Positions 40,366 to 50,607 of a stretch of DNA of 64,000 nt are shown piece by piece. This DNA comes from an uncultured Bacillota bacterium. Lineage in GTDB: Bacteria > Bacillota_I > Bacilli_A > RFN20 > CAG-288. The stretch is taken from the NCBI GenBank assembly GCA_949282275.1, contig CASDOO010000020.1:4965-68964 (forward strand). The letters run 5' to 3'. The translations under genes were made by a program, and so were the position numbers. Under the pieces are notes generated by a model. It had not been told where the DNA came from and searched no databases. It saw only the letters and a list, made by a program, of their open reading frames with translations. Numbering within the stretch: the first letter of the stretch is position 1; the number at the start of each line of letters is the position of its first letter.

Positions 40366-41016
40366 TCATAGCAGGCAATGGATGCATGCCTTGAGTTCAT
40401 CGATCGTGGAGACGACGTTTCCGGGATTGGCTTCCTCAAGTTTCCATCGATAGGCCACATCATGCGAATAGCCGGCGGAAAGAAGGTCGACACCGGCCTT
40501 TTTCATCGAATCAACATCGGCAAGGGTATCGCCGATATAGAGGACCTTTTCCTTGTCGAGGGAATGCTCCTTGAGAAGCGTCGACATGTTTTCCGTCTTG
40601 TTGACGCCGTCAAGGCTTCCTGTATAGTAGGATTGGAAAAAGTCACGAAGACCCATTCTGTCAAGTGACATGTCAAGGGTTCTACGACTGCGCCCAGTGA
40701 GAAGGAAGAGGGATTTTCCATGCTTCTTGATGTCCTCAAGAAGCGGAATGATGCCATCGAATGGGACGAGAAGATCGTCCTGTCTTTGGCGATAGTAGTC
40801 GAAGAAGAAGGAAAGGCCTTCCTCGATTTTGTCTTGTGGCAGGATCTTCCTCAAAATTCCATCCTCCGTGGGACCGTAGTAGGAAAAGATTCTTTCGGAC
40901 GGAAAGTCCTTGTCAAAATAGCGCCGGACGGTTTCGACCATGGTTGTTTGCTCCAATAAGTCGGAATCGGCAAGCGTTCCATCGAAATCAAAGACAAAAC
41001 ACTCTTTCTTTTTCAT
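40366..41016 (-). CDS. HAD-family hydrolase
   Basis: 'FDFDGTLADS', 'LTG', 'YIGDTLAD'; start at MKKKEC. Confidence 0.85.
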   Translation of the reverse strand: MKKKECFVFDFDGTLADSDLLEQTTMVETVRRYFDKDFPSERIFSYYGPTEDGILRKILPQDKIEEGLSFFFDYYRQRQDDLLVPFDGIIPLLEDIKKHGKSLFLLTGRSRRTLDMSLDRMGLRDFFQSYYTGSLDGVNKTENMSTLLKEHSLDKEKVLYIGDTLADVDSMKKAGVDLLSAGYSHDVAYRWKLEEANPGNVVSTIDELKACIHCLL

Positions 41017-41172
41017 TTGCTTTGATTTTAAATGCAGAAAGAAAAGAAAGGAAGGGGACGGACGATTCTTGTCGAAGGGAAGTTTTCGGTTTGTCGTGTC
41101 CGCCATTTTCCGCATTCAGTGGGAATGTTCGCCTCAAGGAACTATAATGTTTTGGAAAAAGGGGGATGTCCC

Positions 41173-42432
41173 ATGGAAAGAGAATTCGACTGGATCCAGG
41201 ACGAGGAGGTCTTTTCTGCCATCGATGCCGAAAGAAGGCGGCAGGAGGATTCCACGGAGCTTATCGCCAGCGAGAATTACGTATCGCTTGCCGTCCTCAA
41301 GGCCCAAGGCAGCATTCTGACGAACAAGTATGCGGAAGGCTATCCCGGGAAGCGATACTATGGCGGATGCGGGAATGTCGACACGGTCGAGGACATCGCC
41401 CGGGAACGGGCAAAGGCGCTTTTCCATTGCCGATTCGCAAATGTCCAGCCCTATTCGGGATCGACGGCGAACATGGCTGCCATCCGTTCCCTCCTTAATC
41501 CCGGGGACAGGATCATGGGCATGAGCGTCAATGGTGGGGGCCATCTGACCCACGGCTATTCCCTTTCCTTTTCGGGCAGGGACTATGAGTCTCAGTCCTA
41601 TGACGTCGATAGGGAGACCTTCCTCTTGGACTATGACGCTATCCTAGAACAGGCACGCCAATTCCGTCCGAAGCTGATTGTCTGTGGCGCAAGCGCCTAT
41701 TCCAGATTCATCGACTTCAAGGCCTTCCGGAGAATCGCGGATGAGGTCGGCGCCTATCTTATGGCAGACATCGCCCATATTGCCGGCCTTGTCGCGACAG
41801 GGGAGCATGAATCGCCAATCGGACTTGCCGACATCGTCACGTCCACGACCCACAAGACGCTTCGCGGACCGAGGGGCGGACTGATCCTGACGAACGACGA
41901 AGAGCTTGCCAAGAAAATCGACAAGAACGTCTTCCCGGGAATCCAGGGCGGGCCTTTGGAACATGTCGTTGCCGCCAAGGCAGTTGTCTTCAAGGAAGAC
42001 TTGACGTCGGAATACCAGAACTATATTCGCAATGTCGTCAAGAACGCCAGGAGGATGGCCAAGGAATTCGTCGACATGGGCTACAAGGTCCTTACTGGCG
42101 GAACGGACAATCACCTCTTCCTCATCGACGTCCTCTCCTCGAGGAACATCACGGGCATGGCTTGCCAAAAGCTTTTGGAATCGGTGAACATCACGGCCAA
42201 CAGGAATTCCATCCCCTTCGACACCCAAAAGCCTTATATCTCTTCCGGAATCCGCATCGGGACCCCTGCCATGACGACAAGGGGATTCGGCGAGGAGGAA
42301 TTCGTCGCCATTGCCCACTATATCGACGAGGCTATCGAAAACAGGGACGATCTCAGGAAACTGGACGAAATCAAGGAAAAGGTGACTGCTCTCAACAGAA
42401 GCTTCCCTCTTCCCTATGAGGTTCGCCGATGA
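41173..42432 (+). CDS. glyA: Serine hydroxymethyltransferase
   Basis: 'LIASENY', 'NKYAEGYPGKRYYGG', 'GGHLTHG', 'TTHKTLRGPRGG'. Confidence 0.97.
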   Translation: MEREFDWIQDEEVFSAIDAERRRQEDSTELIASENYVSLAVLKAQGSILTNKYAEGYPGKRYYGGCGNVDTVEDIARERAKALFHCRFANVQPYSGSTANMAAIRSLLNPGDRIMGMSVNGGGHLTHGYSLSFSGRDYESQSYDVDRETFLLDYDAILEQARQFRPKLIVCGASAYSRFIDFKAFRRIADEVGAYLMADIAHIAGLVATGEHESPIGLADIVTSTTHKTLRGPRGGLILTNDEELAKKIDKNVFPGIQGGPLEHVVAAKAVVFKEDLTSEYQNYIRNVVKNARRMAKEFVDMGYKVLTGGTDNHLFLIDVLSSRNITGMACQKLLESVNITANRNSIPFDTQKPYISSGIRIGTPAMTTRGFGEEEFVAIAHYIDEAIENRDDLRKLDEIKEKVTALNRSFPLPYEVRR

Positions 42433-44843
42433 CTCTTTCCCATAACACGTCCTATCTTTTCATAGCCGATTCGTGCTATCGGAACATCCTTCTCGATCTC
42501 AAGACGATGGACCCTGAGCTGGACATCAAAATCGTCAACAGGCAAGAGGCCATTGGCATGTTGTCTTTTTCCTATGCCAAGGACCCGATACCATATCTTC
42601 TTCGAAAGAGGAAATATAACTACACGAATCTTAAGCAACTTTCCTCTCTCCTTTGCTTTGCCGATTTTCCTGATGAAAGCGAATTTGCTCTCATTCGTCA
42701 GGAATTGGCAAGGAAAGGCTATCTTGTCAAGGATCCTATCGGACGATATCAGCTCCATGAGAAGAACATCGTTCTCTTCGAGGATGACGAGGACAGGGAA
42801 CTACAGTGTCTTTTGGAGAAAGAGGGTCTTTCCTTTGCCAAACTCCATTTCGAAGATATTGGCTATCGGAAAAGATATGACGACCATCCCGCCATCTATC
42901 TGTTCCCCGACAAGATCCATCAGTTCGCTTCCGTCTTTGCTTCCATGCGCAAAAGAGTACTCCGGGGCGGAAAGGACATCGAATCCTTCGCCATCATCGT
43001 CCACGACGACAAGGATCGATATTTCGTCGATCTGTTCTCGGATCTGTTTGGCGTCCCAAGCCGCTTCGACTATCGCTATCCGCTTCTTTCCGATGGATCC
43101 GTCAAGAAGGCGATGGATGCCTTCAGCCGGGAAAGGGAGATTGTCTTTCAAAAGACACTTGATGAAAGCACGAAGAGACTGAAGGAGCTTGTCGACTATT
43201 ATGGACTTGCCGAACTCTCGCATGATGATTTTGACTATGCTTTTTCCAACTTGATGGAAATCGTCAAAAGCGAAAGCATCTTGGAGAATTTAGAGGAGGG
43301 TGTATTGGCATCGACCCGAATTACGTTCGACAATAGAAAGACCTATTTCGTGACGAATTTCCAACACGGGGATTTCTATGGTGTCGCAAGCGACAGGGGA
43401 ATCTTCTCCGATGAGGAACTCTGTGCCATCAAAGCCAATCCCAGCTATGTCAAGACCAAGCTTGACAAGAGGAAGAAGGAAAACTTCTTCAAATACATGG
43501 ATGTCGTCTTTTTCTCGCGGGTCGAACTGCATCTTTCCGACAAGATCTTCCCGTCCCAGCTTCTCGAGGAGGTTCCTTCTGAGGACGGAAAGAAGGCCTT
43601 TAAGGAGGAAAAGAAAACCCTTCTGGAGAACGGACTCTATACCCAAAGGGCACGAAACGTCGTCCTGTCCCTGCTCAAGGACAAGTATTTCCTTCCACCA
43701 GACAAGACGTACCGCTGTTACGACAATTCCTATTCGATAGTCAAGTCCCTGAACCTCAAGACGACCTATAGCATCACAGGCTTCTCGAAATACTACGACT
43801 GTCCCTTCCAATATTACCTGGACAAGGTCCTTGCCGTGGATAGCCAAGACCCCGAACAGGATTATTTCCAGAGGAAATTTGGCGAATTCGTCCATGTCAT
43901 CTTCGAGAATATCTATGCCGACGATTATGATTTCGAGGAAGCCTTCGAAAGGGCCCGTCTTTTTTTCGAGAAGGAAAGCCAGGAAAACCCCGAGAAGGCA
44001 ACGAATGCCCGGGAACGTGCTCTTCTTCTAGCCAGCAAGGAATACATCCGTCGCTTCGTCGACAATGTCCGGACACAGAAGACGATCATTCCCTTTGTCA
44101 AAGAAGAACATGAAAAAAGCATTTCCTTTGGTCTCCATTCCGAAAACAGCGGAAGGGACTATACGCTCAAAGGCAGGATCGACAAGCTTCTTTACACGAA
44201 ATGGAACGACAATGTCTTCTACTCGATTATCGACTACAAGACGGGAAGCGAATCCTTCGACTACAGCACCGTCTTCCTTGGAAACTCCCTTCAGTTGCCA
44301 CTCTATTGCCTTGGCATGGCGGAAGAGGAGAGCAATGCCCGATTCGCCCTTTTCGGTATCGAGAAGATCTTCAAGAAGGGACCTTTGCGCAACGACAAGA
44401 CCAACAGCTACGACAAGGATGCCGTTTCCAAGTACATGAAGATAAATGGCATCGCCATGGAAAGCGCGGACTTTTTCCACTCCATCGACGACGAAAAAGC
44501 GTTCAAGGGAAGGGGCGAACTTACCGCCCGCGGCGGAACCTATGTCAACAAGAGCCTGTCCTTCTCCGATGAGTCCGAAAAAGGACTCAAGAAGGGAATC
44601 GCCTATTCCTTTAAGGATCTTCTCGAGGATGCCAAGAAGGCTGCCATAGAGACGATGGACCGGACGCAGGAAAAGATCTTCCCGATTGCACCGACGATTG
44701 CCAAGGACAGCGAGGAGCCAAGCTGCAAGTTCTGCTCCTATCGCGATATCTGCTTCCGCAAGGTTTCCGATATTCGCGATGTCCAAGGCGAGATAAAGGA
44801 ACATCTTGGCTCCTATACTGGGAAAGGGGACGAGGAGGAATAG
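42429..44843 (+). CDS. addB: AddB/RexB-like nuclease subunit with Fe-S cysteines
   Basis: 'DCPFQYY', 'GRIDK...IIDYKTG...QLPLY', 'CKFCSYRDIC'; directly upstream of a UvrD helicase-nuclease. Confidence 0.8.
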   Translation: MTLSHNTSYLFIADSCYRNILLDLKTMDPELDIKIVNRQEAIGMLSFSYAKDPIPYLLRKRKYNYTNLKQLSSLLCFADFPDESEFALIRQELARKGYLVKDPIGRYQLHEKNIVLFEDDEDRELQCLLEKEGLSFAKLHFEDIGYRKRYDDHPAIYLFPDKIHQFASVFASMRKRVLRGGKDIESFAIIVHDDKDRYFVDLFSDLFGVPSRFDYRYPLLSDGSVKKAMDAFSREREIVFQKTLDESTKRLKELVDYYGLAELSHDDFDYAFSNLMEIVKSESILENLEEGVLASTRITFDNRKTYFVTNFQHGDFYGVASDRGIFSDEELCAIKANPSYVKTKLDKRKKENFFKYMDVVFFSRVELHLSDKIFPSQLLEEVPSEDGKKAFKEEKKTLLENGLYTQRARNVVLSLLKDKYFLPPDKTYRCYDNSYSIVKSLNLKTTYSITGFSKYYDCPFQYYLDKVLAVDSQDPEQDYFQRKFGEFVHVIFENIYADDYDFEEAFERARLFFEKESQENPEKATNARERALLLASKEYIRRFVDNVRTQKTIIPFVKEEHEKSISFGLHSENSGRDYTLKGRIDKLLYTKWNDNVFYSIIDYKTGSESFDYSTVFLGNSLQLPLYCLGMAEEESNARFALFGIEKIFKKGPLRNDKTNSYDKDAVSKYMKINGIAMESADFFHSIDDEKAFKGRGELTARGGTYVNKSLSFSDESEKGLKKGIAYSFKDLLEDAKKAAIETMDRTQEKIFPIAPTIAKDSEEPSCKFCSYRDICFRKVSDIRDVQGEIKEHLGSYTGKGDEEE

Positions 44844-44844
44844 C

Positions 44845-47800
44845 ATGTCATTCAACAAGGAACAGCAGCAGGCTATCGACAGCCGCGTAGACGAGAATGT
44901 CCTCATTTCCGCCGGAGCCGGAAGCGGAAAGACGAAGACCCTTTCCAGCAAGGTCTATAAGGTCTGTGCCAAGGATGGCATCAAGCCCAGTCAGCTTTTG
45001 GTTCTGACCTTCACCAACAAGGCGGCCTTCGAGATGAAGGAAAGGATCATCGCCCAGTTCCGGGATGCGGGGGATGAGAATTCGATGACGGACGAGATTC
45101 TCTCCAGCCATATCCAGACCTTCGATTCCTTCTCCCTCTATCTTGTCCAGCAGTACAGCAAGATACTCAATGTCCCTTCGACGATATCCATCATGGACGA
45201 CAATATCCTTACTGCGAAGGCAAACGAATATCTGGATGAAATATTCAATGAATACTATGAAAGGCAGGACAGCCGATTTCTTTCGATGATTGCGAAGTTC
45301 AACATGGCAAACGATGCCTCGACGAAACGTGTCGTCCTGGATCTGGAGAAAAAACTGAAGAATCTCCTGCCGAGCGAAAAAGAGGAATTTGTCACCGATT
45401 ATGACCGGAAATTCCTTGACTGGGGATTTCTTGCAAAAAAGAAGGATGCGTTCCTTTCCGGCTTGAAGAGGAAACTTCTTGTCGGACTGAAGAAGGCTGT
45501 CCTTCTCTTTGAGCTCGACGATCCGGAGATGGACGTCCTTGCCGTGCTTGAGAACCTCAGGCATGTCGACTATTCCTGTCCAGAACTGAAGAGCTTTTCC
45601 TTTGGCGAGGAGAAGCTTGACGAAATGCTCCGACTCGCCCTTTTCTGCCTTGATGCCGACGAGGACGCCTTGATGGAAATGGTCCGTGGCTATACGACCG
45701 AGGATGCCAACAAGTCATTCTGGAATGCCAAGGGTTATCCTGACGATGTCGATGATGAGGTGGTGAAAGAGCGCCTCAAGGCCTGTTTCTATCAGGTCCG
45801 TGCCGCTTTCCGCGACGATTTCCTCATGGTATTGAAGAAGCTTGGTCCTTTCGATAGGCAGTTTGAGAGCATCCTTTCCTTTAGGGAGGATATTCACCTT
45901 CTTTTCGATATCGTCAAGGAGCTCGACGACCGACTTGAGCGATACAAGTTCCTTTCCAATGCCTATTCCTTCCAGGACATATCCAATATGGCCCTTGCCC
46001 TCCTTGTCGATTCCAAGTACAAGGAAGCCGGCGATAGCATCAAGAATCGCTTCCGCTATGTCCTCGTCGATGAATACCAGGACACGAACGACTTCCAGGA
46101 AGCCTTCCTCAACGCCATTTCCGAGAAGGCGACCCTCTTTACCGTCGGCGATGCCAAGCAGGCCATCTATGGCTTCCGCAATTCCAATTGCCAGCTCTTC
46201 CTGGACAGGAAGGCACGTTACGAAAGGGAAGGGGATGGAAAGCATACCGTCATCGACATGAACAAGAACTATCGTTCGGTCGAGAAGATCCTTTCCGATG
46301 TCAATGCCATCTTCGTCAACTACATGTCCAAGGAACATGGCGGAATCCTCTATACCGACATGGAGATGCTCGACTATGACAAAGGGGCAGATGTTTACGG
46401 ATTGGCAAGGACGAACGACAGGGGCGAATATGGAATCCATATCCTGGACTATAAGGATGCCGATGCAAACTGCGGAAAGGTCGAGGCCGAGTGCCTTACC
46501 ATTATCCGGGACATCCAGGAGAAGATCGAGACGGGCTATCCTGTCCTGGACTTCGTAAACGGAGAGCTTACTCTTAGGCCTTGCCGGTACAAGGACTTTG
46601 CCGTCCTCATCCGCAAAAGGAGCCATTTTGACGTCTATCAAAAGCTCTTCCTGGACAATGCCGTTCCTCTCAACAACGAAATCGAGACCGGATTCCACGA
46701 CATCGATGCCATCCTGACCATCCAATCCCTCATTCGCCTTATCTCCTGGCGCATGGGAGAGACCAAGGAAAACTTCCGACACCTCTATCTCTCCATCGCC
46801 CGCAGCTATCTTTTCGGAAAGAAGGAAGGCTATGACGACGAGCAGATTTACGGGACCTTGAACGATCCCGGATGCTGGAAGACGGACAGGATCCTTTTGA
46901 TGGTTGACGCCTTCATCGAGCAAGAGAAGGACAAGCCCTTTTCGCGCATCTTCCTGGACATGCTTGCAACCTTCTGCGTCGTGGAGAAGCTTCCCTACCT
47001 TGGCGATGTCAGCAACAACGTCTCGAAGATCGAGTCCTACTATCAGCTTCTTGTCGGACAGGAGAACATCGGGGAAGGCCTTAAGGACTTCGTCGCTCTC
47101 TTCAAGAGCATCGACAAGTACGATATTTCCGTTTCGGCTTCCTCGGTCACGTCGCTCGAGGATGCCGTCAGTCTCATGACCATCCACCAGTCCAAGGGCC
47201 TTGAGTTCAAGATCGTCTACATGCCTCTTTGCGACAATGCCATGGCCGGCGGAAACAACATGACAAAGCCCGACTATCTTTTTACGAGGAACTATGGTCT
47301 TCTTCTTCCCGACTATGGCTATGGAAAACCAGTCGACACCTTCCTCAAGAAAGTCTATCTCGAGACGGAGGGGAGCCAGAGCGGCGAAATCAGCGAGCAC
47401 GTCCGCCTCTTCTATGTTGCCTTGACTCGTCCCAAGGAGACGCTCTACCTTGTCGGAAGGAAGACGGATGTCTCAAGCCGCGGCAAGGAAAACCTGATGG
47501 ACATGCTCGACTATACCTTCCACTACGACGGCCTTGCCACGCAGCTCTACGCGCATTTTCAGTCCTTCTTCGATATTGGCACGAAAGGCGAGTATCAACG
47601 GCTGATCCAAAGAAGCAAAATCCAGGCGAAGGAAAGGCAGATTTTCCTCAATGTCTTTACCGACGAAGAGAAAAGGGAGATTGCGACTTTCATTTTCGAC
47701 AAACTCATTACGGAAAGGACAAGAAAGAAGATATCCGATTGCATCGATGAATTTTCGATTGCCATCTATGATGCCCTTGTCGAGGACGTTTCCATGGATG

Positions 47801-48741
47801 AGGACAAGGCGATAAGGCTTCTCGTCCATTATTATTCCGGGATGGATATCCAGAAGGACCTTTCCTCCTTCCTTTCCGAAAACGGGAGAATCCTTTCCCG
47901 GCTTGGTCTCGGAACGGACAGGACGAGCCTTCTTCGTCAGGCGAGAAGCTTCGTCTCCGCCCTTGTGGAAGCCAAGCCCAACGATTTCATCAAGGCCCAC
48001 AAGGCCATTCGGGATCCTAGACTTCTCGCCAATGGCAAGAAGGGAGCAAGCGAGGAGGAAAGCCTCCTCTTTCGAAAGAAAAAGGCCGTTCCTTCTTTCC
48101 TTCCCTCTCTCCTTCTTGTATGCGAGGGATGGGATGGGGACATCGTCGAAACCTTCTATCCTCTTTTTGAAAAACGGACTGTTTCTCTTAAGGACATGGA
48201 GAAAGGGGTGCTTTCTTCCTATCGCCTTCCTTCGCCGGACGTGGACGAAAGAAAAATCGTCTATCCGCAAAGGGAAAGGAAAAGGGCAAGCAAGTTCCTC
48301 TCCGACGAGGACAGCCCAAAGGACAGGGTATTGGAAAAAGGCGTCCTTCTTCACCGCTACCTCGAAGTCGTCGACTTCAAGACGAAGGAACTCCCCGCCA
48401 ACCTGTTTGGGAACGAACGGGACCGTGCCATCATCCAAAAGGTCCTTTCCCTGCCGCTCTTTGCCAATCTCGAAAAGACGAAAATCTACAAGGAATATCC
48501 CTATTTTGACGATGTCCTGAAAAGCCAAGGAGTCATCGACCTTCTTCTCGTCCATGAGGACCATATCGACATCGTCGACTACAAGCTCAAGAACATCGAC
48601 GACGAAGCCTATCGGGAACAGCTTTCGACCTATCGACGGAACGTCGAGTCGCTCTTCGGAAAGGACAGGACGATCCACACCTACCTTCTTTCCATCCTGG
48701 AGCATCGCCTGGAAGAGGTGAATACGAAAGATAGAAGATAG
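44845..48741 (+). CDS. addA: AddA/RexA-like UvrD helicase-nuclease
   Basis: 'AGAGSGKT', 'TFTNKAA', 'VDEYQD', 'VGDAKQAIYGFR', 'NYRS', 'TIHQSKGLEF', 'YVALTRP'; C-terminal 'GVIDL...VDYK'. Confidence 0.88.
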   Translation: MSFNKEQQQAIDSRVDENVLISAGAGSGKTKTLSSKVYKVCAKDGIKPSQLLVLTFTNKAAFEMKERIIAQFRDAGDENSMTDEILSSHIQTFDSFSLYLVQQYSKILNVPSTISIMDDNILTAKANEYLDEIFNEYYERQDSRFLSMIAKFNMANDASTKRVVLDLEKKLKNLLPSEKEEFVTDYDRKFLDWGFLAKKKDAFLSGLKRKLLVGLKKAVLLFELDDPEMDVLAVLENLRHVDYSCPELKSFSFGEEKLDEMLRLALFCLDADEDALMEMVRGYTTEDANKSFWNAKGYPDDVDDEVVKERLKACFYQVRAAFRDDFLMVLKKLGPFDRQFESILSFREDIHLLFDIVKELDDRLERYKFLSNAYSFQDISNMALALLVDSKYKEAGDSIKNRFRYVLVDEYQDTNDFQEAFLNAISEKATLFTVGDAKQAIYGFRNSNCQLFLDRKARYEREGDGKHTVIDMNKNYRSVEKILSDVNAIFVNYMSKEHGGILYTDMEMLDYDKGADVYGLARTNDRGEYGIHILDYKDADANCGKVEAECLTIIRDIQEKIETGYPVLDFVNGELTLRPCRYKDFAVLIRKRSHFDVYQKLFLDNAVPLNNEIETGFHDIDAILTIQSLIRLISWRMGETKENFRHLYLSIARSYLFGKKEGYDDEQIYGTLNDPGCWKTDRILLMVDAFIEQEKDKPFSRIFLDMLATFCVVEKLPYLGDVSNNVSKIESYYQLLVGQENIGEGLKDFVALFKSIDKYDISVSASSVTSLEDAVSLMTIHQSKGLEFKIVYMPLCDNAMAGGNNMTKPDYLFTRNYGLLLPDYGYGKPVDTFLKKVYLETEGSQSGEISEHVRLFYVALTRPKETLYLVGRKTDVSSRGKENLMDMLDYTFHYDGLATQLYAHFQSFFDIGTKGEYQRLIQRSKIQAKERQIFLNVFTDEEKREIATFIFDKLITERTRKKISDCIDEFSIAIYDALVEDVSMDEDKAIRLLVHYYSGMDIQKDLSSFLSENGRILSRLGLGTDRTSLLRQARSFVSALVEAKPNDFIKAHKAIRDPRLLANGKKGASEEESLLFRKKKAVPSFLPSLLLVCEGWDGDIVETFYPLFEKRTVSLKDMEKGVLSSYRLPSPDVDERKIVYPQRERKRASKFLSDEDSPKDRVLEKGVLLHRYLEVVDFKTKELPANLFGNERDRAIIQKVLSLPLFANLEKTKIYKEYPYFDDVLKSQGVIDLLLVHEDHIDIVDYKLKNIDDEAYREQLSTYRRNVESLFGKDRTIHTYLLSILEHRLEEVNTKDRR

Positions 48742-48744
48742 TTT

Positions 48745-50607
48745 CTATGCGAGCTCCCTTCTTCCGGTATAGAGGTCGTAATAGGCGCCTCTCTTTTCGA
48801 GGAGCTCGTCCTGGTTTCCCCTCTCGATGATCCTTCCATCGTCGAGAACGCAGATCTCGTCGGCATCCTTTATGGTGCTCAATCGATGGGCAATGACCAA
48901 AACGGTCCTTTCCTTCATCAGCTGGGAGAGGCCTTCGTGGATGAGTTTCTCGCTTCTTGTGTCGATGTTGCTCGTGGCTTCGTCCAGGATGAGGACGGGC
49001 GGCTTGTTGAGGGATGCCCTCGTCAGGCCAAGAAGCTGTCTTTCGCCCTCAGAGAGGTTTCCGCCGTCATCGTGGAGGATGGTGTCGTACTTCTGGGGAA
49101 GACGGCGGATGAAAGAGTCGGCATGGCTCTTGAGGCTGGCTTCCAGGATTTCCTCGTCCGTGGAATGCCGTCGGACATAGCGGATGTTGTCCTTGACCGA
49201 GCCGGTGAAGAGGTGCGTGTCCTGGGTGACCATGGAGATGGCCCTTCTTAGGGATTCCAGCTCGATGTCCGTGATGTCGATCCCGTCATAGGCGATAGTG
49301 CCGCTATCGATAGGATAGAAGCGGGCGAGAAGGGAGATGATCGTCGTCTTGCCGGCACCGGTTGAACCGACGAAAGCAATCTTCTTGCCGGGCTCGGCGA
49401 CGAAGGAGATTCCCTTGAGGATTTCCTTTCCGGGAACATAGGAGAAATGGACATCCTTGAAGACGATCCGGCCGACGAGGGGAATCGTCTTTTCTTCGCC
49501 AGGCTTCTTCCAGGCATAGCGGTCGTTGAAGGAACCGTCCTCTCCTACCTTGACCAGGACGACCTTGCCATTGTCTTCTTCCTCCTTTTCGTCGAGGAAG
49601 GCGAAGATCCTTTCCGCGCCGGCACTGGCAGAGAGGATGCTGTTGAGGTGTTGGGTGAAGAAGTTGAATGGCTGGCAGGACGTACGGACGAAGACGAGAT
49701 AGGAGGATAAGCCGCCAAGGCCGGTGGCGATCATGCCATTGCAGAGGAAGACGACGCCGACCACGGCCGAGACGGAAAAGTTGAGATAGCTCAGGGAGAC
49801 GAAGACGGGAATCGTCAATTGGGTGAAGAAGAAGGCGTTCTCGCTGGCATTGCGCCAATGCGTGTTGCCGACAAGGAACTTGGAATAGCTCTGTTCCTCG
49901 TGGGAGAAAGCCTTGATCACCTTGACGCCGAGGATGTCTTCCTCGACGGCGGAATTGACTTCCGCAAGGCCTATCTGTTGGGCGCGGAAGTATTTTCTCG
50001 CCTTGTGGGAGTTGAAGAACATGAAGAAGAACATCACGGCGATGAAGAAAAGAACGATCAGGGAAAGATAGACATTGATGAGGAAGAGGGAAACGATCGT
50101 GCCGATGATGTTGGAAAGGGAGAGGACGATGTTGGCGAAGGAATCGTTCATGGCCTGTATGAGGGAATCGATGTCGTTGGTGAAATAGGTCATGATTTCC
50201 CCATGGGTATGCCTGTCGAAATAGGCGATGGGAAGCTTCTGCGTCTTTGCCATCAGGTCCTTGCGGATAAGATAGAGGATCTTCTGCGTCAGGCGGACCA
50301 TAATCTGGGCATAGAGGATGTTGCTGAGAACGCCGAAGGCATAGATGGCGACAAGGACGAGCGATTGTCTGGTCAGGATATTGAGTCCTTCTTCAAGGGG
50401 CGTTCCGTTTGCCAGGTTCTCCTCCAAGGTATGGATGACAACCGTTCCGGAAAGATAGGTGCCGAGGATGTTTGCCACGCTTGAGTAGATGGCTAGAAGG
50501 ACAACGACGAAAAGGAGGAAAAGGCTCTTTCCGGTGAAGTAGGAGAAAAGGCGCTTCATGGTCCCGAAGAAATCCTTCGGCCTGGCGCGGTTCAGGCTTG
50601 CCGGCAT
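48745..50607 (-). CDS. ABC exporter fused TMD-NBD, consensus subunit
   Basis: About 6 TM, GSTGAGKT, LSEGERQ, 'ILDEATS', 'AHRLST'. Confidence 0.92.
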   Translation of the reverse strand: MPASLNRARPKDFFGTMKRLFSYFTGKSLFLLFVVVLLAIYSSVANILGTYLSGTVVIHTLEENLANGTPLEEGLNILTRQSLVLVAIYAFGVLSNILYAQIMVRLTQKILYLIRKDLMAKTQKLPIAYFDRHTHGEIMTYFTNDIDSLIQAMNDSFANIVLSLSNIIGTIVSLFLINVYLSLIVLFFIAVMFFFMFFNSHKARKYFRAQQIGLAEVNSAVEEDILGVKVIKAFSHEEQSYSKFLVGNTHWRNASENAFFFTQLTIPVFVSLSYLNFSVSAVVGVVFLCNGMIATGLGGLSSYLVFVRTSCQPFNFFTQHLNSILSASAGAERIFAFLDEKEEEDNGKVVLVKVGEDGSFNDRYAWKKPGEEKTIPLVGRIVFKDVHFSYVPGKEILKGISFVAEPGKKIAFVGSTGAGKTTIISLLARFYPIDSGTIAYDGIDITDIELESLRRAISMVTQDTHLFTGSVKDNIRYVRRHSTDEEILEASLKSHADSFIRRLPQKYDTILHDDGGNLSEGERQLLGLTRASLNKPPVLILDEATSNIDTRSEKLIHEGLSQLMKERTVLVIAHRLSTIKDADEICVLDDGRIIERGNQDELLEKRGAYYDLYTGRRELA

